Below, piece after piece: positions 18,858 through 29,640 of a DNA stretch of 64,000 bases (positions within the stretch are counted from its first letter, which is position 1; each line of letters starts with the position of its first letter). The position numbers were made by a program, and so were the translations under genes. Source of the DNA: an uncultured Chloroflexia bacterium (lineage in GTDB: Bacteria; Chloroflexota; Anaerolineae; JAAYZQ01); contig CAVOXA010000010.1 of NCBI GenBank assembly GCA_963700285.1, positions 800,001-864,000 of the forward strand. Reading direction: 5' to 3'. Under the pieces are notes generated by a model. It made no database searches and had not been told where the DNA came from. It worked only from the letters and a program-made list of their open reading frames with translations.

Positions 18858-20195
18858 ATGCGCATCCTGCATGTCGTCCACCAGTATTTTCCCGATCACG
18901 TCGGAGGTACGGAGCACTATGTCCGCACCCTGTCCCGGTCGCAAATGCAAGAGGGGCACCAGGTAATCATCTTTTGCCGGCGCAGTGGGAGCGGGCAGCA
19001 TCTGGATCTTTCGGAGGAGTCCGTCGGCAAGGTCATGGCAGGAAACTCGGGCGGTCTTGGGACGGACGTTGGCAGAAGAGCTGGGTCATCAGGCAGCATT
19101 CATGTATACCAGGCGGTCAATGGCCCCTTTTCCCCCTTCGGGCGGTTCCGTTCTACGCTGGGGGACAGGTTCCTGGCCGGCTGCCTGTCCCGGACTGTGT
19201 CTGAAGTACAGCCTGACTTGGTCCACATTCACCATCTCATGGGTTTGCCCATCAATGCTCTTGCGGACGACGATCTGGCATCGCCGCTCGTCGTGACCCT
19301 GCACGACTATTGGTGGGTATGCGCCAATGCCCAGCTTATCACCGACTATGACGGCCAGGTATGCGATGGGCCGCGCTGGTGGCAAAACTGCGCCCGCTGT
19401 GGGCTGGCCCGTGCGGGCGCGTCAGCAGGTCTACGACAAGCTCTGTCGCCCTTTGTGGTCCCTCTCTTTGCCCTGCGCGCTGCCGCCCTTCGGCGCCTGC
19501 TACCCCGTGTGGCTGCCTGGATCGCGCCCACTGCCTTTGTCGCCAACTGGCATTCAGCCCACGGGTTCCCCGCGGAGCGGATGCACATTGTGGGCCACGG
19601 GATCGAGTTGCCGGAGGAGGACACGGTACAAGCCCCAATGGCTATGCTGGGCCAAAACGGCCGGCCAGCCAACCATTTTGCCTATATTGGTGGGCTCGCG
19701 CACCAGAAAGGGGTGCATGTCTTGATAGACGCTTTCAACGCATTGCCCCCTTCGGCCCAACTGACCATCGCCGGTGACGAAACAGCCTTTCCTGACTATT
19801 GCGCTCTCTTGCGCTCCCTGGCCGCGCATCCAGGCATCGAGTTTGCCGGTAGGCTAGACCGGGAGGGTGTCTGGCAAAAGTTGAACCAGGCCGATATTCT
19901 CGTGGTCCCATCCCTCTGGTATGAAACATCGTCGCTGGTCGTGCAGGAGGCTTTTGCTACAGGTACACCGGTTGTTGCCTCGGACCATGGAGCGCTTGCC
20001 GAGCGCATCCATCATGGAACCGACGGCCTGCTGACGCCGCCCGGTGATGTACCGGCGCTGCGCTCTGCCCTACAACGCCTGATGGACGAACCCGCCCTGT
20101 TGGCCCAATTGCGGAGTGGCATCAAGCCAGTCATGGACATGGCCCAGCATGAGCGCCAGACGGAGCAGGTCTACCAGCAGGTATTGGCCAGGTAA
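18858..20195 (+). CDS. Glycosyltransferase family 4
   Basis: [16 protein letters not shown]; TLHDYWW.C; [10 protein letters not shown]. Confidence 0.92.
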   Translation: MRILHVVHQYFPDHVGGTEHYVRTLSRSQMQEGHQVIIFCRRSGSGQHLDLSEESVGKVMAGNSGGLGTDVGRRAGSSGSIHVYQAVNGPFSPFGRFRSTLGDRFLAGCLSRTVSEVQPDLVHIHHLMGLPINALADDDLASPLVVTLHDYWWVCANAQLITDYDGQVCDGPRWWQNCARCGLARAGASAGLRQALSPFVVPLFALRAAALRRLLPRVAAWIAPTAFVANWHSAHGFPAERMHIVGHGIELPEEDTVQAPMAMLGQNGRPANHFAYIGGLAHQKGVHVLIDAFNALPPSAQLTIAGDETAFPDYCALLRSLAAHPGIEFAGRLDREGVWQKLNQADILVVPSLWYETSSLVVQEAFATGTPVVASDHGALAERIHHGTDGLLTPPGDVPALRSALQRLMDEPALLAQLRSGIKPVMDMAQHERQTEQVYQQVLAR

Positions 20196-20205
20196 CAGGA
20201 TAGCT

Positions 20206-21198
20206 ATGAAGCTAATCATCCAGATTCCGTGCTACAACGAGGAAGAGACGCTGCCCCAGACACTGCATGACTTGCCGCGCGTGCTGCCTGGTGTCGATCA
20301 GATCGAATGGCTGGTCATCGACGACGGCTGCACTGACTGTACCGCCGAGGTGGCGGAAAGGCTGGGCGTCCACCACGTCTTGCGTTTTCGGCAGAACCAA
20401 GGGTTGGCCCGCGCCTACCTAGCCGGTTTGGAGGCATCTTTGCGGCTGGGTGCGGACATCATTGTGAATACGGATGCTGACAACCAATACCGCGGGGACG
20501 ATGTGGAACGATTGCTCGTACCCATTCTGGATGGACGGGCCGATCTGGTGGTCGGTGACCGTGGTGTGAGTACTGTGACCCACTTTTCACCGCTCAAGAG
20601 ATGGCTACAGCGGCTAGGCAATTGGGTAATGCAGCGAGCCACCGGTGTCAGCACCCCTGACGCGACCAGTGGCTTTCGGGCCATGACCCGGGAAGCGGCG
20701 ATGCGCACCCTCGTCATTAGCGAGTATTCTTATACGCTAGAGACCCTGATCCAGGCCGGTGCGCGCCAGATGGCAGTCGAGTATGTACCCGTGCGCACCA
20801 ATCCGCAGACCCGTCCCTCGCGGTTGATGCGCAACATGCCCCAGTACATTGCCCATTCGGGACTGACTATTCTGCGTACCTATACCCTGTACCGGCCGCT
20901 GCGCGTCTTTTTGGGCGTCGGCACGCTCATGATCGCCCTGGGAGTGCTGTTGGGCCTGCGATTCCTCTACTTTTACGTGATCTATCAGGGCGCGGCTGGC
21001 CACATCCAGTCCCTCATCCTGGCCGCGATTTTGCTGATCGTCGGAATCCAGGTTTGTCTCATCGGCCTGATAGCGGATCTGATCGGATTCAACCGCAAGA
21101 TCTTGGAAGAGATCCTTTACCGGATGCGCCGGATAGAGCTGGACCAGGATCCGGAGGATGCGGCGGGAACCGAGGATGCGGTGGGAACCAGCCAGTGA
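20206..21198 (+). CDS. Glycosyltransferase family 2 (polyprenol-phosphate glycosyltransferase-like) with C-terminal TMs
   Basis: [28 protein letters not shown]; two C-terminal TM helices. Confidence 0.92.
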   Translation: MKLIIQIPCYNEEETLPQTLHDLPRVLPGVDQIEWLVIDDGCTDCTAEVAERLGVHHVLRFRQNQGLARAYLAGLEASLRLGADIIVNTDADNQYRGDDVERLLVPILDGRADLVVGDRGVSTVTHFSPLKRWLQRLGNWVMQRATGVSTPDATSGFRAMTREAAMRTLVISEYSYTLETLIQAGARQMAVEYVPVRTNPQTRPSRLMRNMPQYIAHSGLTILRTYTLYRPLRVFLGVGTLMIALGVLLGLRFLYFYVIYQGAAGHIQSLILAAILLIVGIQVCLIGLIADLIGFNRKILEEILYRMRRIELDQDPEDAAGTEDAVGTSQ

Positions 21199-23750
21199 AT
21201 CGCAGGCGGTGGTTCCTACTATCAGTACTTGTCGCTGTGGCCCTGGTGGTTGCAGGGGGCTTGTTCCTGGTTGGCAGGTGGCAGAACCAGGGCGGGTTCG
21301 TAGACGCGGACCAGCTTGCCCGAGCGAGCGGTACTGGCGCGGTACTGGAGCCTGGCAAGCCGGTAGGCCAGACCTTTGTGGCCCGCCACGGTGGGCTGGC
21401 GGGGATAGAGTTCTTTTTGACCTCCAACTCCTCTGTCCCCCTGACTCTTACACTGCATCTGCAAACCGATTCTCCGGAAGATATTGATCAATCTGGCCTG
21501 AGCCCATCAGGGCAGACTCTGGTCACCACCCGCCTGCGGCTGCCGCCCCAGGCGGATCCTGGATTCTACCGCTTTGACTTTCCATCTCAGACAAGCTCAC
21601 ATGGGGAGTACTATTACGCCTACCTCGACGCTGAAGCGGAGGGTATCGTAGACGTCTCGGGGCAGCCCGTGCTGCAGGCACAGGTAGCCCTGGCCGATGG
21701 ATCGGCATACCTCGATGGAGCCGCACACCAGAACCACCAGCCAATGGACGCCCAGACGGCCTTTCGACTGGTCTACGCGCCAGAGGACGCCCTGCTCGAT
21801 CTGCTCAAGGCAGCGCTGGGTGGGCTTGGATTGACCGCAGCCGCGACGCTGCTATTTGTCGTGCCAGGTTGGGCACTCTTGGCCTGGCTTCTGCCCGGCA
21901 AGTGTTCGGCCCTTGGAGAACCCTCATGGGCCACAGTACTGGCACTGTCGGCAGGCACAAGTGTGGCCCTGTACCCTTTGCTGCTCTTGTGGACTGACGT
22001 GATAGGCCTACATCTGGGGCCTCTGTACGCCTGGCTTCCGGTTGTCGTGGGGCTGATCGCGCTCGTCTGGCGCTACCGGTCCTGGCGGCCCAGGCGTGGT
22101 TGGGAGGCGCTCCAGCGCTGGGCTGGTTCGCAGGCCATCTGGCCGGATTTGGCCTTGCTGATCCTGTTGGCGTTGGTCTTGGGCGTGCGCCTGCTGGCGG
22201 TGCGCACGCTCGATGCGCCCATGTGGGGTGACTCTTTCCAGCACTCGCTGGTAGCTCAGTTGATGGTGGACAATGGCGGGCTGTTCGCTTCGTGGGCGCC
22301 TTACGCCGACCTGACCACCTTGACCTATCATTTTGGCTTTCAAAGCACGTCCGCAGCTCTGCAATGGCTCACGAGAATACCGGCCCCACAGGCCACGCTC
22401 TGGACCGGCCAGTTGTTGAACGTACTGGCCGTGTTGGCCGTCTATCCATTGGGGCTGCGGGTGACCGGCAGCCGGTGGGCTGCGACCTGGGCAGTTCTGC
22501 TGGCCGGACTGCTGTCGCCCATGCCCATGGCCTACACAAACTGGGGTCGCTACACACAATTGGCAGGCCAGGTTATTCTGCCGGCTGCCATCTGGCTGAC
22601 GTGGGAGGCCATCGAAAGGCCAGAGCGCCGGCGCAAGCTGTTGGTGCTGGTTATGCTGGTAGCCGGGGGCTTGGCACTAACACACTACCGGGTGCTTATT
22701 TTCTACGGGGTTTTTGTTCTGTCACTGTTCCTGGTCGCTCCCGGTCACAGCAGCCGTCGCGAAACGCTACTGCGATTGGTTGCGGTCGGCGTGGGCACTG
22801 GCCTTCTTTTCCTGCCCTGGCTGGTGCGCAATCTCGGCGGTGACAACCTCCAGATGTTTGGGATTCTGACAACGCAAGCCCCGGCCCAGGCGCACCCCAT
22901 CACGTGGGAGTACAATGCCATTGGTGATCTGGAGACCTACCTGGCCCCTTTGTGGTGGCTGGCCATGGTGCTCGGTCTTGGCCTGGGGTTGTGGCAGCGA
23001 CGGCGCGGCGTGTTGCTGATGGCTGTGTGGTGGCTCTTGTTGCTGTTTGCCACCAATCCCAACTGGCTGTCATTGCCTGGTGCGGGCGCCATCTCCAATT
23101 TCGCCCTGTTCATCTTTGCCTATCTGCCAGCGGGCATTTTCTCTGGCATCCTGGTCGCTGCCTTGACCGGATCGTTCAGCCGGCCGGCTGGACAGGGCGC
23201 GGCAGGCCAAAGATGGGCGCAGGTGCTGCTTCTATTGGCCATGGCAGGCCTGGGCATCTGGGGCTTGGGTGAGCGGCTGGGTGACCTGGATCCGGACCAC
23301 CATGCGCTGGTGACTCGCCCCGATGTACGAGCGGCTGCCTGGATCCGAGGCAATGGTCTGCCAGAAGGCCGCTTCCTCGTCAACTCTTTTCCTACCTACG
23401 CTGACAGCTCCATCGTTGGTTCTGATGCCGGTTGGTGGCTTCCGCTGCTGGCTGGGCGCCAGACCACCGTGCCCCCGCTCAACTACAGCAGTGAGCAGGG
23501 GCCTACTCCAGACTACGAGCAAAGGATAAATGAGTTGTCGCGCCTGGTACGTGAGGCTGGCCCGACCAACGAGGCGGTGGTGACCATGCTCCAGGCTGAG
23601 GGGGTGACCCACGTCTACATAGGCCAGCGCCAGGGGCAGGTGAACGATGCGGGTCTGGCAGTACTGGACCCGAACGAATTGCTAGACAGTCCCTACTATC
23701 GCTTGCGGTATCACCAGGATCGGGTCTGGATCTTTGAGCTGATCCAGTAA
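21195..23750 (+). CDS. Large GT-C-like multi-pass membrane protein with N-terminal extracellular domain
   Basis: More than 12 TMs; [25 protein letters not shown] motifs; located in a glycosylation cluster. Confidence 0.7.
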   Translation: MNRRRWFLLSVLVAVALVVAGGLFLVGRWQNQGGFVDADQLARASGTGAVLEPGKPVGQTFVARHGGLAGIEFFLTSNSSVPLTLTLHLQTDSPEDIDQSGLSPSGQTLVTTRLRLPPQADPGFYRFDFPSQTSSHGEYYYAYLDAEAEGIVDVSGQPVLQAQVALADGSAYLDGAAHQNHQPMDAQTAFRLVYAPEDALLDLLKAALGGLGLTAAATLLFVVPGWALLAWLLPGKCSALGEPSWATVLALSAGTSVALYPLLLLWTDVIGLHLGPLYAWLPVVVGLIALVWRYRSWRPRRGWEALQRWAGSQAIWPDLALLILLALVLGVRLLAVRTLDAPMWGDSFQHSLVAQLMVDNGGLFASWAPYADLTTLTYHFGFQSTSAALQWLTRIPAPQATLWTGQLLNVLAVLAVYPLGLRVTGSRWAATWAVLLAGLLSPMPMAYTNWGRYTQLAGQVILPAAIWLTWEAIERPERRRKLLVLVMLVAGGLALTHYRVLIFYGVFVLSLFLVAPGHSSRRETLLRLVAVGVGTGLLFLPWLVRNLGGDNLQMFGILTTQAPAQAHPITWEYNAIGDLETYLAPLWWLAMVLGLGLGLWQRRRGVLLMAVWWLLLLFATNPNWLSLPGAGAISNFALFIFAYLPAGIFSGILVAALTGSFSRPAGQGAAGQRWAQVLLLLAMAGLGIWGLGERLGDLDPDHHALVTRPDVRAAAWIRGNGLPEGRFLVNSFPTYADSSIVGSDAGWWLPLLAGRQTTVPPLNYSSEQGPTPDYEQRINELSRLVREAGPTNEAVVTMLQAEGVTHVYIGQRQGQVNDAGLAVLDPNELLDSPYYRLRYHQDRVWIFELIQ

Positions 23751-23787
23751 GCAAGCGTGAGTGCATCAGTCATGCCAGGGTCACCAT

Positions 23788-24885
23788 ATGCGTATTCTCT
23801 TTCTCTATAGCAGCCATTCACGATATGTCCGAAACCTCGTCCTGAGCCGGGCGCTGCGTCTGTCACACGATGTCGTTGAAATCGCCAGCCCCTCTTCCAG
23901 CCGGCTGAAGGGCAACCTCTCCGTTAGCTTGCGCTTTCTATTCCAGGATCTCTCCGCTTTCGATCTGGTAGTGATTGGCTTTCCAGGACACCTTCTCGTG
24001 CCCTGGGTCCGGTTGTGGACGCCGGCGAAGGCGCGTCCACCGATTCTGTTCGACCCCTTTGTCTCGGCCTATGATACCTTCTGCCTGGACCGGCGCTGGT
24101 TTCGCCCACATTCCATTCCAGGACGGCTGGCCTATGCGTTGGATCTCTGGTCATGCCGTTGGGCGGATCGGCTCTTGGCCGACACCTACGCCCATCGCGA
24201 CTTTTTCATCCACACCTTTGATCTGCCACCAGCCAAAATCGACGTGGCCTACGTCGGTTGTGATGAGACACTCTTTGCTCCGCATCCCGAGCAACCAGCT
24301 TCCCCCGGTGATAACCGCACGTTCAACGTATTCACCTACACCTCCTTCCTACGCCTGCATGGTGTTGAGAAGATGCTCCACGCTGCCAAGTATTTGGAGG
24401 ATCGCCGCGATATCGTGTTTACCATTGCCGGTGCTGGATCCCGCCTGAGTGCCATGCAGAACCTGGCCCACGATCTCGGCCTGCGCAACGTACGTTTTCC
24501 CGGTTGGGTGCCCTTTGACCAACTTCCGGACCGTATCGCCGGGGCCGATCTCTGTCTCGGTGGGCATTTTTCCGATGTGCCCAAAGCCGCCAGGGTAATC
24601 TCGACCAAGACTTTCCAGTTCATCGCCATGCGCAAACCCACAGTCGTGGGCGACAATGCTGCCACCCGCGAGGTTTTTGTCCCCGGCCAGCACGTGTGGG
24701 CTGTGCCCATGGACTGTTCGGAGGCGCTGGCAGAAGCGATCGGTGCCTTGGCCAGCGACCCCAAACTGCGTTGTCGCCTTGCTGATGGTGGCTATGATAT
24801 CTTTCAGCAACGATTTACCACCGAAGCCATTGCCCGGCAACTGGCGCCCGTGATCGAGGAAACTGCATGCGGATCTGCTTCGTAA
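23788..24885 (+). CDS. Glycosyltransferase (GT4-like)
   Basis: MRILF; LHGVE; KTFQFIAMRKP variant of the GT-B motif. Confidence 0.85.
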   Translation: MRILFLYSSHSRYVRNLVLSRALRLSHDVVEIASPSSSRLKGNLSVSLRFLFQDLSAFDLVVIGFPGHLLVPWVRLWTPAKARPPILFDPFVSAYDTFCLDRRWFRPHSIPGRLAYALDLWSCRWADRLLADTYAHRDFFIHTFDLPPAKIDVAYVGCDETLFAPHPEQPASPGDNRTFNVFTYTSFLRLHGVEKMLHAAKYLEDRRDIVFTIAGAGSRLSAMQNLAHDLGLRNVRFPGWVPFDQLPDRIAGADLCLGGHFSDVPKAARVISTKTFQFIAMRKPTVVGDNAATREVFVPGQHVWAVPMDCSEALAEAIGALASDPKLRCRLADGGYDIFQQRFTTEAIARQLAPVIEETACGSAS

Positions 24886-26027
24886 CCCTGGACTTTCCAC
24901 CATTCCGCGGCTCTGGCTTGACTATCTATGCCGAGACGGTCGTCCGTGGGCTGGCAGCCCGGGGCCACGACGTGACGGTGGTTGCCTCCGGCCACCCTGA
25001 GAGCGAGCAAACAGTGGGTAGCGAACCACCAGCCGGTGTCAGAGTCGTTCGGGTATCCAGTGGTCCCGCGGACTGGATCGGCCTGGGTTGGCAGGCAGCC
25101 AGGTACCTGCGCGCCCATCGCGCCGAGTTTGATGTCATCCATTTTGCCAACGTCCACTTTGCCTATGCCTACCGGGGTCCCTTTGTTGCGTCAGCTTTCC
25201 AGTCTTTCCGCCAGCAACTCACAAGCCATCACGGGCGCCCCTACCACACGAATCGGCGCAACTACCTGTTTCGCCTGCTGTACTATTCCGTGGCAAAATG
25301 GGTGATGGAACGGCCAGCCGTAGCGCGCGCCGATCATCTTGTCATGTCCAGCCGTTCGACACAGCAAGAGTTCGTGAGACATTGCGGTGTAGTTCCAGAA
25401 CGGATGACCCTGGTCTACCTGGGCATTGACCTGCAGCGCTTCGAGTCGCTCCCGAACCGAATAGAGGCCCGCCGGCAGTTGGGTCTCCCTGGTGAGATTC
25501 CCCTGCTGTTGTACGTCGGCTTTTCTACTCCCCGCAAGGGGGTCGAGTACCTGGCCCAGGCTCTGCGCGTGATGCAGACACCGGCGCATCTGGTGATGGT
25601 CGGCAAGTGGGAGGCCAACTACCCTGAGCGCTTTTTGGCAGCCCTGGGCGATGCTCGGCCCAGGGTTCACCTGGTCGGCTATGTGCCGGACGATGATCTG
25701 CCGGCCTATTTCGCTGCTGCCGATCTCTTTGTTCTGCCAACCCTACTCGAAGGCTTTGGCATCCCGCTGGTCGAGGCCATGGCTGCCGGCTTGCCCCTTG
25801 TCACGACCTCAGGAGGCTCGGCCGGCGAGGTTGCCGGTGATGCTGGTGTGATCGTGCCACCGGCGGATAGCGGTTCACTCGCCAAGGCCATGGACCGCGT
25901 GCTCAACGACCCTGGCCTGGCGCGCCGGCTGGGCGAGACCGGCAGGGAACGGGCCCGTACGCTCTTTGCCGAGGAGCACATGGCGGCGGCCATCGAAGCA
26001 GTGTACCGTCGTTTCTCAAACGATTGA
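24867..26027 (+). CDS. Glycosyltransferase family 4
   Basis: RKGVEYL; EGFGIPLVEAMAAGLP. Confidence 0.93.
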   Translation: MRICFVTLDFPPFRGSGLTIYAETVVRGLAARGHDVTVVASGHPESEQTVGSEPPAGVRVVRVSSGPADWIGLGWQAARYLRAHRAEFDVIHFANVHFAYAYRGPFVASAFQSFRQQLTSHHGRPYHTNRRNYLFRLLYYSVAKWVMERPAVARADHLVMSSRSTQQEFVRHCGVVPERMTLVYLGIDLQRFESLPNRIEARRQLGLPGEIPLLLYVGFSTPRKGVEYLAQALRVMQTPAHLVMVGKWEANYPERFLAALGDARPRVHLVGYVPDDDLPAYFAAADLFVLPTLLEGFGIPLVEAMAAGLPLVTTSGGSAGEVAGDAGVIVPPADSGSLAKAMDRVLNDPGLARRLGETGRERARTLFAEEHMAAAIEAVYRRFSND

Positions 26028-26132
26028 TGGCTGCTGTGAATACACACCAAAGATAACTTGGCTCTGCGCAAAGTTCACCCTGAACTGGAATCTCAAGAGC
26101 GAACAGGCTCGCTGTGCCCTGGTGCGGTACAT

Positions 26133-26160
26133 TTGACAGCCTCCTGGGATTGCCTATACT
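26133..26160 (+). promoter_or_regulatory. Sigma70-type promoter
   Basis: TTGACA-N16-TATACT. Confidence 0.65.
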
Positions 26161-26191
26161 GGAGATTGAACAACTCCGATCGGGAGACAGG

Positions 26192-27160
26192 ATGCAACGG
26201 ATCGACTGCCCTCTCTGTGATTCCTCAGATTATGTGACCGTCGCTGAGATGCGCGATCGTCTGCTGGGTATTGACGGGCGGTTTCAGATGGTGCGCTGTG
26301 AACAATGTGGCTTGCACTACTTGAACCCCCAGCCAACGATGGCAGAACTGGTACGATACTATCCAGAGGATTATGCTCCCTTCACGACGCCGTCGCCTGA
26401 ACATCTGCCCATCTTGCAGCGACTCAGCGTGCGCTATGGACTGGCCAAGCGCCGCCAGGCTGTCACACGCTACAAGCCTCGCGGGCGTCTGCTGGAGATC
26501 GGCTGCGCCAATGGTATGTTCCTGGATGCCATGCGCCAGACCGGGGACTGGCAGGTACAGGGTGTTGAGGTTAGTGACGCGCCAGTGCGCGTTGCACGAG
26601 AACAACTGGGTCTCAAGATCTTCCATGGTTTGCTGCCAGATGGGCAATTTCCTGACGACGCTTTTGATGCCGTCGTGATGTGGGATGTACTGGAGCATGT
26701 GCACGGCCCCAAGGAGACCCTACTCGAGATCCATCGCGTGCTCAAGCCTGACGGAATACTTGTCTTGCGGGTACCGCAGCTCGATAGCTGGGATCGCAGC
26801 CTGTTTGGCCCCTATTGGGTGGGCTGGGATGCGCCGCGTCACCTGACCCTGTTCTCGCAGCAGACGCTGGGGCTAATATTGGCCCGGACCGGTTTCTGCG
26901 TAGAAAGAATGATGTGCATCTCGGGCAGCTATCCGACTTTTGCGTTGAGCGTGCGGTTCTGGGCCCAGGAGCATCTCTCTGTCCCAGCCCAGAAGCGACT
27001 GTGGGCGGTGCTAAACTCGGCACCCATGCGCGTGTTTGTGATACCCCATTTCTTTTTGATGGACCGGCTGGGCAAGGGCACCGTTATCACAGTCATTGCT
27101 CGACCTGGTGAACAGGTGGGTGTTGTTGATCCAGCCCAACCAAAAGGGCTGTCGCCATGA
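26192..27160 (+). CDS. Class I SAM methyltransferase with N-terminal zinc-binding domain
   Basis: CPLC..CEQC; LLEIGCANG; WDVLEHV; PRHL. Confidence 0.9.
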   Translation: MQRIDCPLCDSSDYVTVAEMRDRLLGIDGRFQMVRCEQCGLHYLNPQPTMAELVRYYPEDYAPFTTPSPEHLPILQRLSVRYGLAKRRQAVTRYKPRGRLLEIGCANGMFLDAMRQTGDWQVQGVEVSDAPVRVAREQLGLKIFHGLLPDGQFPDDAFDAVVMWDVLEHVHGPKETLLEIHRVLKPDGILVLRVPQLDSWDRSLFGPYWVGWDAPRHLTLFSQQTLGLILARTGFCVERMMCISGSYPTFALSVRFWAQEHLSVPAQKRLWAVLNSAPMRVFVIPHFFLMDRLGKGTVITVIARPGEQVGVVDPAQPKGLSP

Positions 27161-27942
27161 AGAGCCAGCGAACGAGTGTGCAAGTGGATCAAAACGAACG
27201 GTTGATACAAGAGCTGATCGAATTGCGGGGACAGCACGTCGTATTGGCCGAGGATAGCGCCCACAGCTACGACGCACTGCACGGCGAAGGCCACCTGCGC
27301 CAGCAAGACTCGTTCTACAAGTGGCTGCTGAGCCTGTTGGAGCCGCGACAGGGGCAGTCGCTGCTGGATGTCTCCTGTGGCCAGGGGGTGCTCCTGGGTT
27401 TCGCCGGGCAGGCAGGCCTGCGAGCGGCAGGGCTTGACCTCTCCTCCTCTGCCGTCACCATCGCCTGCCAGCAGGTTCCGCCGCCCCTCGTTTGCGTCGC
27501 AGATGCAGAACAGTTGCCGTACCCCGATGCAACGTTTGACTATTCCACGAACATAGGGAGCATCGAGCACTATTTCCACCCCCACTGGGCCATCCGCGAG
27601 ATGGCGCGCGTACTGCGGCCTGATGGGCTGGCCCTGATTCTGCTACCCAATACCTTTGGCTTGCTGGGGAATATCCTGCACGTGTGGCGAAAGGGTGACG
27701 TGTTCGACGATGGGCAGCCCCTGCAGCGCTATGGCACCCCTGAGCAATGGCGCAGACTGCTGGAGTTGAACGCCCTGCAGGTGGTTCGTACCCTGAAATA
27801 CGAACGTACGCCGCCCAGGACCAGGGAGGATCTGCTGTGGTACGCGCGGCGCCCGCACAAACTGGGCCGCGTGCTGCTGGCGCCTTTTATCCCGCTGAAC
27901 CTCGCCAGTTTCTTGGTGTACCTGTGTCGCAAAGCCCAGTAG
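27157..27942 (+). CDS. Class I SAM methyltransferase
   Basis: LLDVSCGQG; LPYPDATFD; EMARVLRPDG. Confidence 0.9.
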   Translation: MKSQRTSVQVDQNERLIQELIELRGQHVVLAEDSAHSYDALHGEGHLRQQDSFYKWLLSLLEPRQGQSLLDVSCGQGVLLGFAGQAGLRAAGLDLSSSAVTIACQQVPPPLVCVADAEQLPYPDATFDYSTNIGSIEHYFHPHWAIREMARVLRPDGLALILLPNTFGLLGNILHVWRKGDVFDDGQPLQRYGTPEQWRRLLELNALQVVRTLKYERTPPRTREDLLWYARRPHKLGRVLLAPFIPLNLASFLVYLCRKAQ

Positions 27943-27993
27943 AGTCTGGGAGAGTTCGGTCAGAAGGCATTTGCCCACCAGGGCGCGGCATAC

Positions 27994-28021
27994 TTGACAG
28001 CCCCCCGAGATCGCCTATACT
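27994..28021 (+). promoter_or_regulatory. Sigma70-type promoter (paralog of 26133-26160)
   Basis: TTGACA-N16-TATACT in a context similar to the upstream copy. Confidence 0.65.
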
Positions 28022-28065
28022 GGTGCTCTAATGGCTGCGACAGGGGGCAAGGTGGATCGAGCACG

Positions 28066-29187
28066 ATGAGATACCTGCTGGCACAAGAGGGCACAGAAGG
28101 ACGCTCAGCGACAGCATCCAAGCGGCGCTGGCCCCTTGCTTGGCTGACCGGCCAACGCTGGCGTGGAAGGGCAAATAGCTATACTTTCTACTCCAAAGAG
28201 TTTATCCGTTCTACCACACCGCGCAAGCTGGCAAACCTGGTCACGATCAAAGTACAGCGTAGGCTGCGCCGCGAACGCGTGATGGGCATGCCCATCAACT
28301 ATTTCATCGATCCAATCAACGTCTGCAACCTGCGTTGCCCCTTGTGTCCCACTGGGCGCGGTGTGCTGGCTCGACCACCGGGGCGCATGGACTTGGTTGA
28401 CCTCAAACGGGTCGTGCACGAGATCGCCCCCTATGCATACTGGATAGAGCTGTACAACTGGGGAGAACCCTTGCTGCACCCCGATATCTATGAGATGATC
28501 CGGTACGTGAGCCAGCGAGGCGTCAGCGTTGGCCTTAGCTCTAATCTGAATCGTCTGGATGCTCAAATGGCTCGCCAACTGGTAGAATCGGGGCTGAGCC
28601 GATTGGTGGTGTCCATCGATGGTGCAACACAGGAAAGCTACGCCACGTATCGTCGTCGCGGGCAGCTTGACAAAGTACTGGCGAACCTTCAGTTATTGCT
28701 CAACGCCCGAACTGAACTCGAGAGGCAGACGCCCTTTATAGTCTGGCGTATGTTGGTTGGCAAGCACAACGAGCATGAAATTGAGGACATACGGAGACTT
28801 GCCTACGAGATGGGTGTGGACAGCTTTGCAACCGGGGCACTATTCATAGACACGGACGATCCTGAACAGGTCGAACAGTGGCTGCCTACCGACCCAACCT
28901 ACAGCCCCTACGACTATCAGAAGGACAAGCCGCAAAACCAGTGGAATTGCGACGACCTGTGGGAGAATATGGTGATAAATTGGGACGGGGGCGTCGCTCC
29001 CTGTTGCTGGCTGCATGATCCCCAATTCGATTTCGCCAACATCTCTGATCAGAGTGTACGTGAGATATGGAACGGACCTCACTATGTGAGCGCCCGCCGA
29101 GTCATCAGCAGGCACAAGGGGAAACCCGGCGATGTGCCCACAATCTGTCACCACTGCCGTGGGCAGCCAAGTTACATGGAGTATTAG
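28066..29187 (+). CDS. Radical SAM/SPASM(twitch) protein
   Basis: CNLRCPLC; NWGEPLLHP; C-terminal C..WDG.V.PCC..CHHC. Confidence 0.92.
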   Translation: MRYLLAQEGTEGRSATASKRRWPLAWLTGQRWRGRANSYTFYSKEFIRSTTPRKLANLVTIKVQRRLRRERVMGMPINYFIDPINVCNLRCPLCPTGRGVLARPPGRMDLVDLKRVVHEIAPYAYWIELYNWGEPLLHPDIYEMIRYVSQRGVSVGLSSNLNRLDAQMARQLVESGLSRLVVSIDGATQESYATYRRRGQLDKVLANLQLLLNARTELERQTPFIVWRMLVGKHNEHEIEDIRRLAYEMGVDSFATGALFIDTDDPEQVEQWLPTDPTYSPYDYQKDKPQNQWNCDDLWENMVINWDGGVAPCCWLHDPQFDFANISDQSVREIWNGPHYVSARRVISRHKGKPGDVPTICHHCRGQPSYMEY

Positions 29188-29602
29188 GTGCTGCAGATCG
29201 ACTGTACGCTCTGTGACTCGGTCCAGCCCATGCTCGTTGAGGATGTCTGCGAGCCTTGGCTTCCGGCTGCCATTGCTCGACAGATGGGATCAGGAGCCAT
29301 TTTGACCTTACAGATCGGGACATACCACGCCGCCCTACGCTGTTCTCCATGCGCACCATCGCCCTGATACTGGCACATGTTGGTCACCAGCTGGAGCGCC
29401 TGTCCTGCATTTCGGGCGGCCATCCGACGCTCACGCCAAGCCTGCAGTTTGGGGCACGGGGATATCTTTCAATGCCGGCCTTACAAGGTTTGCAGCGCGT
29501 CTTGGAAGCTCTGGCTGTACGCCTGCTCGTGGCCCCTACTTTCACCTGGTGGGCCAGCTTGGCAACAGTTCTGTTGCCACCATCGCTGCCCGGGCAGGTG
29601 AT
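29188..29602 (+). pseudogene. Decayed paralog of methyltransferase 26192-27160
   Basis: VLQIDCTLCDS resembles MQRIDCPLCDS. DIPRRPTLFSMRTIALIL..ERLSCISG.HPT resembles DAPRHLTLFSQQTLGLIL..ERMMCISG.YPT. The SAM-binding core is missing. Confidence 0.75.
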
Positions 29603-29640
29603 GAAAACCACCCAAGAGAACTAGTGGAGGTTCTGGAAAC

